Shown here: positions 50,445 through 62,292 of the stretch, in pieces
Position numbering within the stretch: position 1 is the first letter of the stretch
How the letters are laid out: every line of letters begins with the position of its first letter
Source of the DNA: Selaginella moellendorffii
Taxonomy: Eukaryota; Plantae; Lycopodiophyta
Reading direction: 5' to 3'
Assembly: GCF_000143415.4 (NCBI RefSeq)
Contig: NW_003314360.1
Span: 13,328 to 77,327, forward strand
Length of the DNA stretch: 64,000 nt
The notes under the pieces: generated by a model
Told to the model about the DNA's origin: nothing
What the model saw: the letters and a program-made list of their open reading frames with translations, nothing else
The model's database searches: none
Made by a program: the position numbers and the translations under genes

Positions 50445-51617
50445 CAGCAATAGGAATGTTAGTGTCAAGTTCTGGCTTGTCAAGAAGAAATACCTAGACC
50501 AGTCTGCATCGGACAAAGAAGGATTCAACCTCATGAACAGAGTAAGCAGCCCCTGAAAGGTGGTGATATCAAGGGTGCTGAATTTGTGAGGAGCAAAGAT
50601 GTCAAAAGCTGGAAATGTCCTGTGTTTTGCCAAGAGCACAACTCCAAATTTTCCTCTGCTGTCACCCTGGAGAACCCAGAAAAAGTCCATGCTTTGGCAT
50701 ACATTCTAGCATCCGTGGTCACCACCTTGTACTCGAGAATGTTAGTGGGAAAAGGAAACTTTGGTCGTCACCTTGAGGGTATCTGCCAACTACTCCAACT
50801 GAGGAACATCCACCAGCCAGGATCATCTTTCATTGATGCGCTTGCCTGTAGAGCTCCTCCCACTGAATTCCAGCTCCCACCGTCACTGTCAAGTAGCCAC
50901 GGTCGCTATGAAGCTCTCATGGAACTGGATCTTTTGGATGTGATGTACCCAAATGCTGAGAGCTCCCATCACTGTGCTCCACCTAAGGAAGTCATGCCCA
51001 TGTTTTGGATCATGATGCACAAGTCGTGCTGGGACACAAACTTGACAGCCTCTTGGGCGTGAGTCGCCTGAGTAACATTGACTGCATAGACCAGGACTGT
51101 GCCATGGAAGCAAGTGGTGGTCCTGTTGGCAGCGCTGCTCCCCAAAAGATTCCCAATTCATCCGTTGCAGCACACCTGGTTGATCGGTCCTCCAGAATGG
51201 ACTGTTCCAGCTGCTTCTCTGCTCATTGTAGTTTGAATCACGGCATGGCAAGCCACACTGATCATTCTCCCTCCCACAGAGCACTTGAAGGATGCCCAGG
51301 TCTGTGAGTCTTGCCAGCACAGCTCCCCCACTATACACTTGGAGTGGACATGGCTGGGAGCAAATAGAGCGACCAAGAATATTGATAGTATTGCTATCAT
51401 CCTTGAAGAACCTTTACAGCCCATAATTGATAATTGAACTTGCTAGATTGAGGGCTGAGAAAGAGAGGTATGCTTTCTTTTGCTGATAGATCTCGGGATG
51501 TAGCTTTTTCAATGACTTTGGTACTGCAAGCAACCATTTATATACCACTTGGTCATTCGCTCTCTGGACATTGATATGTTCTTTAGAGGGCTGAAAATTT
51601 GAGCAATGGCGCCCAGG
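50445..51617 (-). pseudogene. Inverted, 3'-truncated, frameshifted duplicate of the BBE-like gene including its promoter
   Basis: Reverse complement aligns with ~7858-9103 (MIAILSIFLVALFAPSHVHSKC..., GHDFLRWSTVMGALSIWVHH); many small deletions. Confidence 0.92.
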
Positions 51618-51619
51618 TG

Positions 51620-52205
51620 TGATATATCAAGGTTTGCTATGGAATGAGGTGGTTGTTGTATGATTTCCCTGCAGTTGGCTGCGTGTGCCTTGAGCAGACA
51701 CATTTAATCCTAGCAGATGGCCTTTGGTGACCCGAACTTGCACTTTGCCAGGTTGAGTGAGAAACGGTACTGTCAGCGCCGACTAAAGACTTGTTCCAGA
51801 TGTTTGAGATGATCCTGGAACGTCTGGAAAGCCCAGCATAAATCATCCATGTACACACATAGAGCTCCTCCCAAGAGATCATGGAAAGCATGTGTCATGA
51901 ATTATTGAAATGTTGCCCCTGTGTTCCACAAACTGAAAGGGAGCACATTATAGGCAAAAAGTCCCTAGGGTGTGCAAAAAATGCAATCAGAAGGATGAAT
52001 TTGGAGCTGATTATAGCCCAAGAATCCATCTATAAAAGAATAAAACCGGTGACTAGCCATTTCTTCCACAATCTCATTAAGGAATCGCATAGGAAAATGG
52101 TCACAGGCCACGACCTGGTTGAGCGCTCTGAAATCTACACAAAGGCAGAGCTTGCCATTCACTTTGAGTGCTGGGACAATGTTGAAGATCCATTGAGAGT
52201 GTTCT
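51620..52205 (-). pseudogene. Gypsy (Athila/Tat-like) RT fragment
   Basis: LCVDFRALNQVVACDHFPM...YSFIDGFLGYNQ. Confidence 0.75.
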
Positions 52206-53719
52206 TGTTATGATACGGCGCAAAAAGAAAGAGAACTAGTCGCCCTAGACTATGCTACGCCACCTCTTGAGGTTCCTCACCACCCAACCACCCCCAAGCT
52301 ACCTCAAAAGCTCCACTGCGCCGTCGCTCCACTGTGAGCCCTAGGGTAGGTTAAGTCCCTTACCCTAACATGGCTTAATATACCCTTGAGCCTCCCTTTG
52401 ACTAATGCTGACCACGTAGTCAAAGCTGGCGCCTAACAATTCTTCCCCCCTAACAAAGTCCTTGTCCCAAGGACGAGTTGTACCGGTGATCACCCTTTCT
52501 GGGGAAACCCTGCTCAAGCTCCTAGTCCATTGTCCACAGCCGTATACATCAAGGAGGCATTGGGCCCGTCACTCCGAGATAGTACACCTTTCAACTGGCT
52601 AACATAAAATACCGGATGAATTTTCACCCCAGCTGGCAGCCGCACCCTATAAGCCACTTTACCAATGCGCTCCAGCACTTCATATGGACCAGCATATCGA
52701 TAGGAGATTTTATCACTCTTCCCTGTCCATAAAGGCACCAAGGTGTTCCGCCGCTCACTTGACAGAAAGATCACGCACACAAAGACGAGATCACCCACCT
52801 TATATTCCCGGAATTGGCGATGCTTATTGGCAAACTTCTCCGCTCTATCCTGAGCTGCTTGCAAATTCCATTTGCACACCACCAAGATCTCATCAAGTTC
52901 TGTAGCCAGATAAGTTGCCTCGGAATCAAGCTTATCTTGAACGTCCTTACTCAAATGCAATGCCAACTCCATTGCTGTTCGAGGATGCCTTCCAAACATG
53001 GCAAAGTAAGGACTTAGCTTGGTTCCACTGTGTTGGCTATTTTTGTAAGCAAATTGCACCAACAGAAGATATAAATCCCACTGTCCTTGCCTTTGACCAA
53101 TGCTACAACGTAGCATATCCTCCACCATCTGATTCACACACTCGGTTTGCCCATCCATCTGAGGATGATCTCCACTCGAGAGTTTCAAAGTCACTTGCAT
53201 AGCCTTTGCAAAGCTTTTCCAAAATTCACTAGTGAACTTTGAATCTTGATCACTAATGATGTCCTCCGGCAAACCAAAATCAGGAAAAACCTTCTCCAAG
53301 TAAACCGCAGCCAAGTCTGAGGCAGTGACAGTCTTCCGAAGAGCCAACAACCGCACATACTTCATCAACCGATCCACTATGACCCATACCTGCTCCTTTT
53401 GCCTCTGTGTTCGTGGCAAACAAGTGATGAAGTCCATAGAGATACTACACCAATGGCTCTGAGGAATACGTAAAGGTTGCAAAATTCCCCTCGGCTTCTC
53501 CCGTGGCACCTTAACCCGCCGACAAAGCTCACATGATTTACAATACTTGAGGATATCAGCCTTCATATTCCTCCAATAAAAGTTGCGCTTAATCAACTCA
53601 TACGTCTTCTTCCCCCCAAAATGACCGGCCTCTGGACGATCATGATAGTGGAATAAAACTTGAGTAATTAACGCATCCACCCATGGCAAATATACACGGC
53701 CATTGTATACACAATGGAA
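52206..53719 (-). mobile_element. Family-Y Gypsy 3' part: integrase, PPT and 3' LTR (52206-52438)
   Basis: YHDRPEAGHFG, SMDFITCLP, ISDQDSKF, HPQMDGQTE, GPY module; PPT GGGGGAAGAAT next to the LTR. Confidence 0.9.
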
Positions 53720-53891
53720 GGTGTAGCTACCTCTACTCAGCATTTTGATGCTTATGTCTAGGGGCTGGAAGTGTTGTTGGCAAAACCACACTTGTGGAGA
53801 CTTTTTATCTCGCGGATATCCATCGTGTGGATTTCATTCTTGGGATGCTATGGTTAGTGAAGGTGGATCCAGAGATAAAGTGGAGTATTAA
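53720..53891 (+). mobile_element. Family-Y Gypsy protease fragment in opposite orientation
   Basis: Matches 3150-3250 plus 3465-3520 on the same strand. Confidence 0.8.
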
Positions 53892-54323
53892 GAAGCTCTA
53901 TTTCGTTAAAGTGGGAATTGTCATTATCCCACTTGTAAAATAAGGTTTCCAAACCTTTATATAGTATATAAATATAACAAAATTCAACTGCATTGAGGCA
54001 CATGCCATTTTATTTTAAACAAGGAAATGTCTACTCAATCACTTCTCACTGCTTCACCTCTCTCTTCTCCTTGTCATCGTCGTCCAATTTCTTTCCATCC
54101 TTTTAATATTGGCTCAGTTGCTCCGAGTCTAGGTGGAGCCCAAGTCCCCATTCAATCTTTACTTTCCCCTTATTAATAAAACAACTTCGTAGACTTCCAA
54201 TAACATGCTGTAACACTTCTAGTATAATGCAAATCCTCTCAAAGAATTGTCTTTTAATATTAATACAATGGCATGGAACCCCATGCCATAATAAGTTACA
54301 TTTTTAAATAAATACATGCCATC

Positions 54324-57300
54324 TCAGACTGTTATTTTTTGCCTCCAACGCCTATACAATAATCTTGGAATTTCATCACTCTCCACACTATCAGGATTTA
54401 AACCCAATAGTAATGCCATCTCTTCTCTAATACGTCCACGCTCATGTTCAGTGGTCGAAGAACCCATCCGGTTGAGCAGATTATGGAGATGCGGATAGTG
54501 CTTGGCTAGACAATATACATGCCATAAATGATGACTGGTGTCTGTCCGATCAAATGGCTTCTGATATACCGTTCCATCTGCCATTTGGTTGATTTCTGCA
54601 GCCACCTCCTGGACTGGCCGGTTCTCTATCACCATCGCTTCAAGCCGTTTTGCAAGGTCCCCCAGAACATACGGTTTCTTCTCCCTAGTTTCCATACTGC
54701 AAGAGATGGGGTGCACTGCATATGTGTGCGTGTTCGCTGCAGTTTTAATCGGCGAGTCATCGATGATGAGGATTTCACTTGACCTAGCAGTCCGGTTCAT
54801 CACTACAGCCTCTGCCTTGACGAAGATGGGCTTGCTACCCCTCACATGGACCATAGTCAAGCAATCCTCCTGCGTTAGGAGAAAGTCAAATGGTAATATT
54901 ACTCGCGTCTGATCGTGCATCATCTGTAGCAACGTTAATGCATTGTGGCGCATCATGGATGTCCAAACTCCCAATTGCAAATTGAACCCGGCCCTCTGTT
55001 TTAAGTGTCGCATGGTCATTATTAGATCCCGCAGTTTCTCCCGTGTGATTAATGTGAATCTGTCTCTTTTGACCAACTTGCGACCGCAGGCTTTGGAGGG
55101 TGCAGTGACATTCGAGGACGAGCCACGCTCATGGGAGAAAAGGACACCGTTCAGATCAAAAACGATACAGTACTTTCGCCGTGACTCTGAAATGAAATGC
55201 GTTAGCATAAAAAATGGTACAAGTCAATTTTACCATCTACAATATTAGCGAATGGTGCTCCCAATGGTCGTTCAGAGGGTTTTGGTCGAGGAAACGTGAA
55301 GGGCGGAAATACTCTCCTCTGCAATGTGGGGTCAATCGCATCCGATGGCGTGTGGGCACATGCCATTTCAGCTGTAGACTCTGGTACAACTGGCTCAACA
55401 GTGGCATGGGGTGGTTCCGATGGCGTGTGATCACACGCCATTTCAGCTGGTGCCTCCGTTGGCAAAGTGGACATGACCGAACAGGCAGCAGGGGCGGTGT
55501 AGGGAGGTTCCAACGGCGCGTAGTCAGACGATTGGGCACACGTTGGAAATGAGGATACGACCGGCTCGGCGGCTGGGGCGGCCTCATGCGGGTCCAATGG
55601 CGCCTGGTCACCGTCAGTTGGATACGTGGACAAGATTGACTCAGTGGTATGGGCAGCATCAAGTGGAGCGTGGTCAGCTTGCTTGGCGTTGATATGGATA
55701 GTAGCCTCCACCAGCTCTGATGACTCTTGCAGGCAAGTAGAGTCCACTGGCGGATCCATATGCATGTCCAAATATCTCCCTTCGATTGAGATGGTATCCT
55801 CCCGTGCTACTAAAAACAAACTCATTAGCACATTGAATCGACTATACTGTATTTACCATCAACTGCTATTGAGGAACTAGGACCGATATCACTTGGGCGC
55901 ACTGCTGATTCTGAAGGATTGGACATACGTTTCGACCCTTGCTTGGCACTATCCTTCCTCGACACTAAAGGCTAGAGTTTGTATCTTAATTCAACTGAAT
56001 AATCTCTACTTACCATTTCTTCTGCGACCTACATGGACAATGTTAGAAATGGTAAAAGGTTAGGAATGGATGTACTATTATTTACCTGATGGTTTGTCTT
56101 GTATGACCTTCCTCCGCTGCTCTTTGGCCACCTCAGGCTGGCCATCATCGTCATCATCGTCATCGTCGTTATTGTGATCGTCACCATTGTGAGGACCATC
56201 CAAGTCCTCTTCGTCCTCCTCTTCTTCGTCCTCCTCTTCTTCGTCCTCCTCTTCGTCCTTCTGCTCTTCCTGCTCATTATCTTTCTCTGGCTCCTCATCC
56301 CCCTCTTGCATTTCTTCCATAGGCTGCTCAGGTTGGATTGCTTGTTTTTCCAGGACCATCTTGGAAAAATCATCTGGCCGAGTCTCCATCTCAAAATACA
56401 AGACATCCATAGCCTGTTTTAGTGCGTGACCTAGGACCGTATCCTCACCCGACTGTCTTAACATGGTTTCTGCACGTTCTTGCACCCTTCGAAGACGACG
56501 AGATGAGAAAAACGTGGCCCTAACTTGAAAAGCATCCCTCATCCATTGTACCTCTCCATTGAGATTGGGGAAGGGGAGTCCGCCATAGGAATCTGAGTCA
56601 GAAGGTGGTGACTGGCTCCTTTCACTCAGCCCTTGATCTGCAATGAATGGCATGAGCACACACGCCATAACCGCGAGGCATTACCTATCATCTTTTCGTT
56701 GCCCTTCTTCCTTTTCGAATCAAACGCCTCTGATCCCGACGACTGTCCAACGTGCTTTCGCTTTTTATGACCACTGTCAGTTTGAGCTTGGCTGGTGCTT
56801 GCCTGTTTTGCCTTTGAAGAAGTGTCTCCTGCAAGGAATGGCATGAGACCACACGCCATTGCAAATATAATTTGTACCTCCTTTTTTCCTATTGCTTGTC
56901 TGTTTGTCCTTCTTCGACGCGCCACCAGTGCGCTTTTCAGTCCTCGTGTCTGAATATTCACAACGATCTATAATCAAAATGGCGTGAGGCCTCACGTGAC
57001 CTTACCTTGTGCAGGTTGAGACTTCGGCCTAACATCAGTAGCTGTTAACGCCGTTTCAGCATCTGGGGGTGGCCACGCTACTGCATACAGAGCTTGTGAG
57101 ATAACATTTAAACTTAAAGTGCGTACTCACCAGGTTCGTAGAGAAGATACTGTTTTTCTTTGGCAACTGTAATTATATGCTCCATTGAAGTCACCTCTTC
57201 AATGGAGTTTGTCACCGCAACACACGGAACACCCTTGAGTAGTGCGGCTCGAAAGAATAGTCCGCCGCAGTTGTACTCGACAACGCATTTGCCCTTGGAG

Positions 57301-58609
57301 TCACCCGCTATTGCGTTGAAGACCCAGCTGAGCATTTCCCATGCTGCACCTGGAGCTTTCTTTGGATTCGAAAGCTCCATAGCCGTCTTCAGTTCCTCAG
57401 GCACGGGTAAATTGACCTCCCTCAGATCAATTCGATCGGCTTTGTTGAACGAAGCTGGGAAGTCACTCCAGTCCCACTCTGCTGCAGGACCAATAACAAG
57501 GGCGACTGTGAAGATGCGGACATTCGTCGGTATCTTCTTCTTAGCCATTATCCCATGGATCTCCCGCATCTCCTTGCCTTTCAACCGAGCCTTCACCTCG
57601 TTCAAGGCCTTCCAGAACTTGTGATAGGATTCGGAGTCGTAGATCATATAGTGGACTGAAGATTCCACCTCCGCAAGTCCCACCATTAAGTCAATGATGG
57701 AGCTGACTTCGTCTGCATGAGTGATCTCCTCGTTTGTGAAGTCCATCACACAAAAGATGTTCTTGACCTGCTCATCTCCGCGGGAAACGATGCTCCTCCA
57801 CCTTTGATCCTCATCCGAATTCACGTATACCCGGTAAGGTTCTCGATAGGCCTCTGCTGCGGGGTCGAGCTGTTTCTGAAGCCGGCGGTCGACATCCCTC
57901 TTAATGAAATTTGGATACTGATCCAACTTCTCAGCTTTACTTTTCGTGGCATCCCGCAGCAGATCGATGAACTTGGTGGCCCCCTTCACGTACTCGTCGA
58001 TGTCTTCATTTGACAAGTCCAGCTCTTCCATCATCTCTTGCGTGGTGTCGATGCTCACCCTCGCCACGGCCACTTGCTCGAAGATCCAATCCTTCAATAG
58101 CGCACGAGCTCTCAGAGTCGTGCACAAGTCCTCGTATGTCACAATATGGCCGGGAGTCATTTTGGTCTTGTTGAAGACTACCTCACCAAGTAGAAGAGCA
58201 TTAGCCACTGTCAGAAGGTCGTCGTCGTCTAGAGACCGCGAGAAACGCAAGGCGTTGAGCTTCAAATCATTGGGCTTCCGGCCGTCCTCCACACCCATTG
58301 AGTTTAGCAACTCCCCGTCATGGTACCTCCTTAGCACATCTACCCATTTGTCAAAAACAACTTTTGTCGCGAGTAGAATGTTATGGATGCTGAGTGTGTC
58401 ATTGACCCCCAGTGTTTTCGAGAGAAGACTCGAGAATTCCTGCAATGGAAATGGCGTGAGGCCACATGCTATGCCACATGCAACGAGGCTTACCTGCCAG
58501 GCGCTAGTTGCTAGTGCACGTCCTTGTCCTGGTTTTTGTGGCTTCTTCAGTTGAACCCAGAGCTTCCGTGTTCGTGCCAATGTCTCGTGCAGACCCGATT
58601 TGTAGCACG
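54324..58609 (-). CDS. Transposon cargo gene, >1280 aa: helical region, amino-MTase-like domain, acidic/Pro-rich linker, FCP1/NIF-type HAD phosphatase-like domain (5' end in the gap)
   Basis: Open spliced model with GT-AG introns: exons 58609-58494, 58439-57131, 57080-57006, 56967-56878, 56828-56685, 56637-56086, 56028-56014, 55964-55857, 55809-55234, 55186-54324. The last eight introns are all phase 1. HAD motifs IVFDLNGVL, GVWTSM, K and LIIDDSPIK. MTase-like segment CVVEYNCGGLFFRAALLKGVPCVAV is weak. Confidence 0.75.
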
Positions 58610-59461
58610 NNNNNNNNNNNNNNNNNNNNNNNNNNNNNNNNNNNNNNNNNNNNNNNNNNNNNNNNNNNNNNNNNNNNNNNNNNNNNNNNNNNNNNNNNNN
58701 NNNNNNNNNNNNNNNNNNNNNNNNNNNNNNNNNNNNNNNNNNNNNNNNNNNNNNNNNNNNNNNNNNNNNNNNNNNNNNNNNNNNNNNNNNNNNNNNNNNN
58801 NNNNNNNNNNNNNNNNNNNNNNNNNNNNNNNNNNNNNNNNNNNNNNNNNNNNNNNNNNNNNNNNNNNNNNNNNNNNNNNNNNNNNNNNNNNNNNNNNNNN
58901 NNNNNNNNNNNNNNNNNNNNNNNNNNNNNNNNNNNNNNNNNNNNNNNNNNNNNNNNNNNNNNNNNNNNNNNNNNNNNNNNNNNNNNNNNNNNNNNNNNNN
59001 NNNNNNNNNNNNNNNNNNNNNNNNNNNNNNNNNNNNNNNNNNNNNNNNNNNNNNNNNNNNNNNNNNNNNNNNNNNNNNNNNNNNNNNNNNNNNNNNNNNN
59101 NNNNNNNNNNNNNNNNNNNNNNNNNNNNNNNNNNNNNNNNNNNNNNNNNNNNNNNNNNNNNNNNNNNNNNNNNNNNNNNNNNNNNNNNNNNNNNNNNNNN
59201 NNNNNNNNNNNNNNNNNNNNNNNNNNNNNNNNNNNNNNNNNNNNNNNNNNNNNNNNNNNNNNNNNNNNNNNNNNNNNNNNNNNNNNNNNNNNNNNNNNNN
59301 NNNNNNNNNNNNNNNNNNNNNNNNNNNNNNNNNNNNNNNNNNNNNNNNNNNNNNNNNNNNNNNNNNNNNNNNNNNNNNNNNNNNNNNNNNNNNNNNNNNN
59401 NNNNNNNNNNNNNNNNNNNNNNNNNNNNNNNNNNNNNNNNNNNNNNNNNNNNNNNNNNNNN
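58610..59461. other. Assembly gap (852 N) covering the 5' part of the cargo gene
   Basis: Run of N. Confidence 1.
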
Positions 59462-61027
59462 CCCGGACTCGCTGGCGAATGTGCACTGTGTGTGCACCGG
59501 ATCGTAGCAGCAAGGCTACTCTGCCACTTACAGTTGGAGAGTGGTGCTGAAATCTCCCGGGACGCCAAGTGGGCTGCGTGTGGCTGGTGGAGTGGGCGGC
59601 GGAGTTGGCGGCGAAGTTACAAACTGGGTGTGTCTTGAAGTGGATGCCGATGCACACGAGCGCGATGCGAGCGCGAGTGTGATGCAAGCGCGAGTGGACG
59701 CCGATGCACACGAGAAACCTGTAGAGAAGTGAGCGTGATCGCGAGTGGGAGCGCGATGCGAGCGGGAGCGCGAGTGTGATGCGAGCGCGAGCGCGAGTGT
59801 GCGAGCGCGAGTACAAAGCAAAATGCAAAACCTAACCTCACACGCGCGAAATGTCACAACGGTTGGTAATCCCGCCACGTCATCATTCCTCGGACTTGGG
59901 CGCCACCATTAATTTCTGGATTGCCGCGCGCATGCAAGCACGCAAAATCCAAAAGAAATCCGCAACGTCATCATTCCTCGGACTGCATGCACGCGAAATC
60001 CAAAAGAAAGATCATGATTGGGATATCATTTAATACCCTCGCTATATTTATACCATGCATGATTGGATATTCCAAAGCATCTTGTATTTCCAAAAATGGC
60101 AGATGTTCAGCTAAATAAAGAAATTCTATCTGTTTCTATTTTTCTCTCAAATCAATATTATAGCGTGTGGGCTCATGCAATTTTGAACCAAAGAAACCCA
60201 AAAAACGTTGGACCCAAAATATTTTGAAAAAACCCAAAAAACCCTAAACATTTTAAACCCAAAAATCCAGGCGTCCTGTGGCGTTATTCCTTGAATGGCA
60301 TGTGGGCGCATGCCATTTTCAGGGCCAAATGCTGAATGGAGAAAAATTCCCTTTCAGTGCAAATGCTGCAAGAGGCAGATGCCGAGTACAAAGGACTGTA
60401 ACTACCTCACATGACACAGATAAACTTTTCTCTATTTGGCAAAGATAAACTTTATAGCGTGTGGGCTCATGCAATTTTGAACCCAAAAAATGCACCAAAA
60501 AATTCTCGGCGTCATCTGGCATTATCTCTTGAATGGCGTGGGGCCGCATGCCATTTTCAGGGGCACATAGGAGTATATTCCTAGGATATTCTGACACGCG
60601 CGAGATTTTTTTGAGTTTTCTGGAGATCCAACCGTTAGATCGCAACTAGATTTTACAGAATGGTATACAATGTCTTTCTTGATGACCCTGCAAAGAAGCA
60701 TCTCAATCGGACACCACATGAGACCACACGAGCCTTACAATGTTTCAGGGGCATTTGCCATAGATCCGACCGTTATTTTGCTCCAAGATTTCACAGTTTG
60801 GTGTGCATTGACCTTTCCATCGAAATTGCAAAGGGACATCACAATCAGATGCGGGATCACAAGAAACTAACTTCACTAACTCTGGTTTCACCAAGATCTA
60901 CGTAAGGAGTTATGAAATGAAAGGACCCTCTCTATTGAAATGTGTTTATGGTCCTAGGGGCATTGTGACATATCAAAGGATTTTGCATCAAGTTCTGTAT
61001 TTGCATGTTTATCAAGCTACTGAATTG

Positions 61028-61060
61028 CTAAACCCTAAACCCTAAACCCTAAACCCTAAA
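61028..61060 (-). repeat. Interstitial telomeric repeat (CCCTAAA) x4.7 inside transposon copy B
   Basis: Direct reading; one unit longer than in copy A. Confidence 0.9.
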
Positions 61061-62082
61061 CATGTGGTAAATGCTGCGTGAAGAAAGATGCCCTTTCTGG
61101 GCAAATGCTGTAAGAGGCAGATGCCGAGCAGATGTATCTCAGGCTAGCGAAGGGGACGAACGAAAGCTAGCTATAAACATGACGGGATGCAAATAGATTA
61201 CTAGGCTGGTCCTACGAAAATCAAAAACCATAATTGAAAACATTGAAAATGCAAAAAGAAAGGTTTATAATATTTTTGAATTTTAGGCAACCAAAGGAAT
61301 GTAAGTAGGGCATGTGTTTGTAAGTTTACAAATGCCTCAACCACTTAAATTCCCAAGTAAATAAAGTTGTTTCTATTTTTGGTACAGTAAACTTTATAGC
61401 GTGTGGGCTCAAGCAATTTTGAACCCAAAAATGCACCAAAAAATGCTCGACTAACATTATTCTTTGAATGGCGTGTGGCCTTATATTGCCATAAATGGAC
61501 GTACACACACAGCATAATTATTCCTTTATACGGCGAATAATCTTGGCGCGGATCGCTGACATGGCATGGCAAAGTTCGAATCACTAACATGGCACAGCTG
61601 GATCGAGGCAAGGACATGATGTGACAAAGTTCAACCTCCGACAGCAAAGTCTAGAAGCTACTCAGTTTGAAATTTGTCAGAGGAATCATAATATCTGGTT
61701 TGTCAGAGGATTTGATGTGACGTTCAAGCGTGTGTTATTTTTGAATTCTCGAACTCATTCCTAGGTCTATCATTTTTGTGCGCCGTGTTCTTGGTTCCGC
61801 TGAGCGCAGTGAGCGCTGCTTGTGTAAGCGGCGTTGTGGGCTGTGGTTTATGCGTCTACGAGCGGTTGCGGCATTGCGAGCGCCATTGCGAGCGGCAGTT
61901 TATGCGAGTGGCAGTTTGTGCGAGCGGCGCTACGAGCAGTTGCGGTGTTGCGAGCGGCGCTACGAGTAGTTGCGGTATTGCGAGCGGCACTGTCTTTGGT
62001 GTGGCTACCGCTTCCTCTTGATATTCGGCACTTGTGCTTCCTGGTATGTTCACCATGGAATGGCTTAGGACCACATTTAGAA

Positions 62083-62104
62083 ATGGCATGAGGCCTCATG
62101 CCAT
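62083..62104. repeat. Perfect copy of the 22-bp dispersed palindrome ATGGCATGAGGCCTCATGCCAT
   Basis: Representative of ~30 degenerate copies confined to the two DNA transposon copies. Confidence 0.95.
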
Positions 62105-62292
62105 TAGTGGTACCACTAATGGCATGAGGGCTCATGCCAATTTTGTGAATGCGAAATTTCACGTGGGTGTCAATAGCATGTTTGAATAATGGCATGTGGC
62201 CTCATGCTATTGAGGTTGTTTGGTATGTTATGATTTAGGCCATTCTCCAATCATTTTTTGTATGGTCTTAACTTCTTTTCTGCACTTTCAGA

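Noticed and set aside
52514-53791. 425-aa ORF as a standalone gene
   Set aside because: Chimeric: the first ~24 codons are antisense protease sequence fused to a Gypsy integrase fragment.
57114-59828. 904-aa ORF and other ORFs spanning N runs
   Set aside because: Frames across the gap are artificial; only the part below 58609 is supported.
32832-62210. Dispersed 22-bp palindromes as a CRISPR array or as MITEs
   Set aside because: Spacing is irregular (14 bp to over 1 kb), copies fall inside exons and introns, and I saw no TSDs around them.
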